A stretch of 63,680 nucleotides of DNA, filler included, from Globobulimina sp. (taxonomy: Eukaryota): assembly GCA_003354225.1 (NCBI GenBank). It is 50 parts of 50 records of this genome, joined end to end, with 100 filler letters (N's around TTAATTAATTAA, not from the genome) between each part and the next. Parts side by side here need not be neighbours in the genome. Positions count along the whole stretch, not along the records: positions 61,233 to 62,406 come from PIVH01021673.1; positions 62,507 to 63,680 come from PIVH01021674.1; 48 more parts are not named here. One strand, 5' to 3'. Shown here one piece after another: positions 61,233 through 63,680 of this stretch. The notes below the pieces were generated by a model, which was not told where the DNA came from, did not search any database, and saw nothing but the letters and a program-made list of their open reading frames with translations. The stretch's first letter is position 1. Each line of letters opens with the position of its first letter. Position numbers and translations under genes: made by a program.

Positions 61233-62406
61233 TGTAATAATATACAAGACTTTCATGCCTTTTTTGAAACAGCTGATGTTAGTAAATCAGACTGTGAACT
61301 TCTAAATTATATTTTAATTAATATTCACGATGAAGTTGAAACATTACTTAATCAATTTGATAATTTAACTAATATATTAGAAGATAATGGAGTCGAAGTA
61401 TTGACAATTAACGATTATCGCGATGATGCTCTTCTATTACAGCATCGACTTGCATCTCTTCAATTCTCTGTCAGACACTATCCTACTATCAAATTAGTTG
61501 AAACTGACAATTTACTTTTGCGAACCAAAATAAATTTACTTGAGCAAAGACTTTTGTTTACAACTGACGACGCTTTTTCAGACAATAAGAGCGATGACTT
61601 TTCGGACAATTCAAAAAACTTTTCCCAAGACTATACTCATATAACCGAACCAATTTCTAAGACAGTTCCAATTTTACTTCCGGGTCCTCCACAAAGGGAG
61701 GCAACCTTACTTACAGAACCTCCAAATGAGATTCAAATAATTACTAAAATTCCTCTCAGTGAGGCAATAATGTCTAAAACTGAGTTGAACTGTCACAAAC
61801 TCGGTGGTTCGTTTGTTGAATATAAATCAACTAACTTTACGATTGTACCATTTAGAGCACCAACTTTTACTCTCGGACTGTGTGACACAGTATCAATCAA
61901 AATTTTGGCTAAGGTGTTGTCTAAATTGGGACAAACTAAAAAACGATTTTGTCGCGAAAAAGTCATTCAACGTTTACTTACTACTGTACCCCAACTAAGA
62001 CTTGTACCTAATTTTTTGCATTCTAATAATCAATTTATAATAGCGTCTGTCATTCAGATAAAAAACTGCTTTTCACTTGACTTTTCAACTAAACTAACTC
62101 CGCTAAAACAAGCTCAAAATTTGACAATTGACTCAAAAATAATTTCAAAAAACTTTATGATGGATTTAGGTCAAATTTTGGAGTCTGTTTTCACTTGGTT
62201 TATGGATCAATTTGCTACGAACTGCACAACAATTGCAACTACTGACAATAATGCCTTCAAAAAGAAGAATACTTCAAATATCAGGTGCAGTTTCACTTTT
62301 CTATTTCTAATTCCCAGGTTTACTGAACTCACTACTGTTTCTGTGTGTTCCCCAGTACTACTTACTTTCTCTCAAAATACTCATGACACCGATTGTTGTG
62401 ATACTT
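61233..62406 (+). CDS. Unknown intronless ORF open across the whole contig
   Basis: No stop in about 391 codons; no recognised motif. Confidence 0.5.
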
Positions 62407-62583
62407 NNNNNNNNNNNNNNNNNNNNNNNNNNNNNNNNNNNNNNNNNNNNTTAATTAATTAANNNNNNNNNNNNNNNNNNNNNNNNNNNNNNNNNNNNNN
62501 NNNNNNTGAACTTTAATGAATCTTTTGTCATTCCATTAAAGGCCGGTGGTGAACATATCGGTGCTATATTGTTGTTTGATCTT

Positions 62584-62695
62584 CTGTCAACAGATGGTGT
62601 AGGAACAAAGCTTTTGATTGCCAATGTGGTTGGAAAACATGATACAGTAGGGATAGATCTTGTAGCGATGAATGTGAATGATATTCTTTGCACGG
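62584..62695 (+). pseudogene. purM: Isolated fragment of AIR synthetase
   Basis: [36 protein letters not shown], then stop at 62707-62709; missing from the ORF track. Confidence 0.85.
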
Positions 62696-62752
62696 AACAA
62701 AAACTATAGCTCACGGCGAGAAAATTTTTTGTTAAATGAAACTTGTTAAAGG

Positions 62753-63508
62753 TTAAACTTTATCATCAATAACCGTATTATATCTTATCCAAACACCATA
62801 TTTTAATTCTTCATCGTCAATACATTTACAGCCCGCTATTATAATTCCAGAGATACAAAAATCTTCAATTTCAATTGAATTTATTTCACATTCACCAAAC
62901 ACCAATACATTATTCTTAGCCTCCTTTGTTTTATATTTTAATTCCATTTCTTTGTCCATTTTACTTAATTTAAATTGTATATTCCTTGATATTTCATGTT
63001 TTCCTGCCAAATTTGTTAAAGTCCATAACAAACAATTTTCATTTTCAATATATTTCAACTTCCCTTTCTGTAACAAACTCGATGACATATTTTTAATTTT
63101 TATATTTCCTTTTTGCAAATTATTAATAAAGACAGGAATGGTTAATAACACATCATTTGCTGCACAATCTGCCGAAAAATGTGAATTTAAAGTCAACCGA
63201 TAATTCTCTCTCCATTCATTCTCATTTTTATTATCTTTCTCACTCTCATTATCTATAACATATTTATTGCATTTTAATGTGATCAAAGACTGTTTCTTAT
63301 TTTGTAATCTTTTAAATTTAAATAACTCAAAAGTACCATACGGCATTGCAAATACATAGAAAAAATAAATATACGCATAACACTTATGTTCATTCTTTGA
63401 AATGGTTGTTTTTTTCAACTTATATTCCACTAAAAATATACAACTATGATACGATGTAATTAATAATAATTCATCTTTCATTTTGATACAAAATTTAAAG
63501 AAGCTCAA
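62753..63508 (-). CDS. Divergent adaptor-complex mu homology domain, C-terminal part
   Basis: ANDVLLTIPV, GKLKY, LLWTLTNLAG, FCISGI, WIRYNT; upstream part probably interrupted by an intron. Confidence 0.7.
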   Translation of the reverse strand: MSFFKFCIKMKDELLLITSYHSCIFLVEYKLKKTTISKNEHKCYAYIYFFYVFAMPYGTFELFKFKRLQNKKQSLITLKCNKYVIDNESEKDNKNENEWRENYRLTLNSHFSADCAANDVLLTIPVFINNLQKGNIKIKNMSSSLLQKGKLKYIENENCLLWTLTNLAGKHEISRNIQFKLSKMDKEMELKYKTKEAKNNVLVFGECEINSIEIEDFCISGIIIAGCKCIDDEELKYGVWIRYNTVIDDKV

Positions 63509-63680
63509 ACCTGAAATATTATTTTTTATATTTACAATTCCACCGCGTTCATTCTCTATGACATCAATATATATTTCAGAGTTGATATATAAAATATTAT
63601 TTTCCTCCTTTTTCCTCCATAAAATATCTCAAAACTTCTTCATTTTTAAAAAAGTTGCTATGCGATATACTGTTATTATC

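Overview
This window is not a contiguous locus. It is 50 short contigs, sorted by length from 1177 down to 1174 bp, joined by 49 identical 100-bp linkers (N44-TTAATTAATTAA-N44, stops in all six frames), so no synteny can be read across linkers. Most contigs come from an AT-rich eukaryote with 60-80 nt GT-AG introns. Its gene families (Kelch, BTB, WWE, SAM, PH-UBA, DACR-type caspase-like, PT-repeat surface proteins, many pseudogenes) resemble Rhizaria/Foraminifera; that taxonomy is my inference. Mixed in are bacterial contigs (Mrp antiporter cluster, AraC plus aldo/keto reductase, MBL hydrolase plus a macrodomain-like gene, secreted deiminase), a phage-like contig and one contig with nematode-like TTTCAG splice sites. 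Perfect fold-back inversions at contig starts and abrupt bacterium/eukaryote junctions suggest whole-genome-amplification chimeras. Best leads: an intact spliced eukaryotic gene ending in a phage tail-fibre-like domain (54862-55895); a hidden, multiply frameshifted divergent PIWI/Argonaute (8958-9880); a tRNA-like element with a shortened anticodon arm centred on UUA (58339-58406); an EEP nuclease with an embedded KH domain (21698-22873); a frameshifted caspase-like gene (35812-36734); and shared hAT-like transposon ends. All family assignments are by-eye motif recognition; no database search was run.
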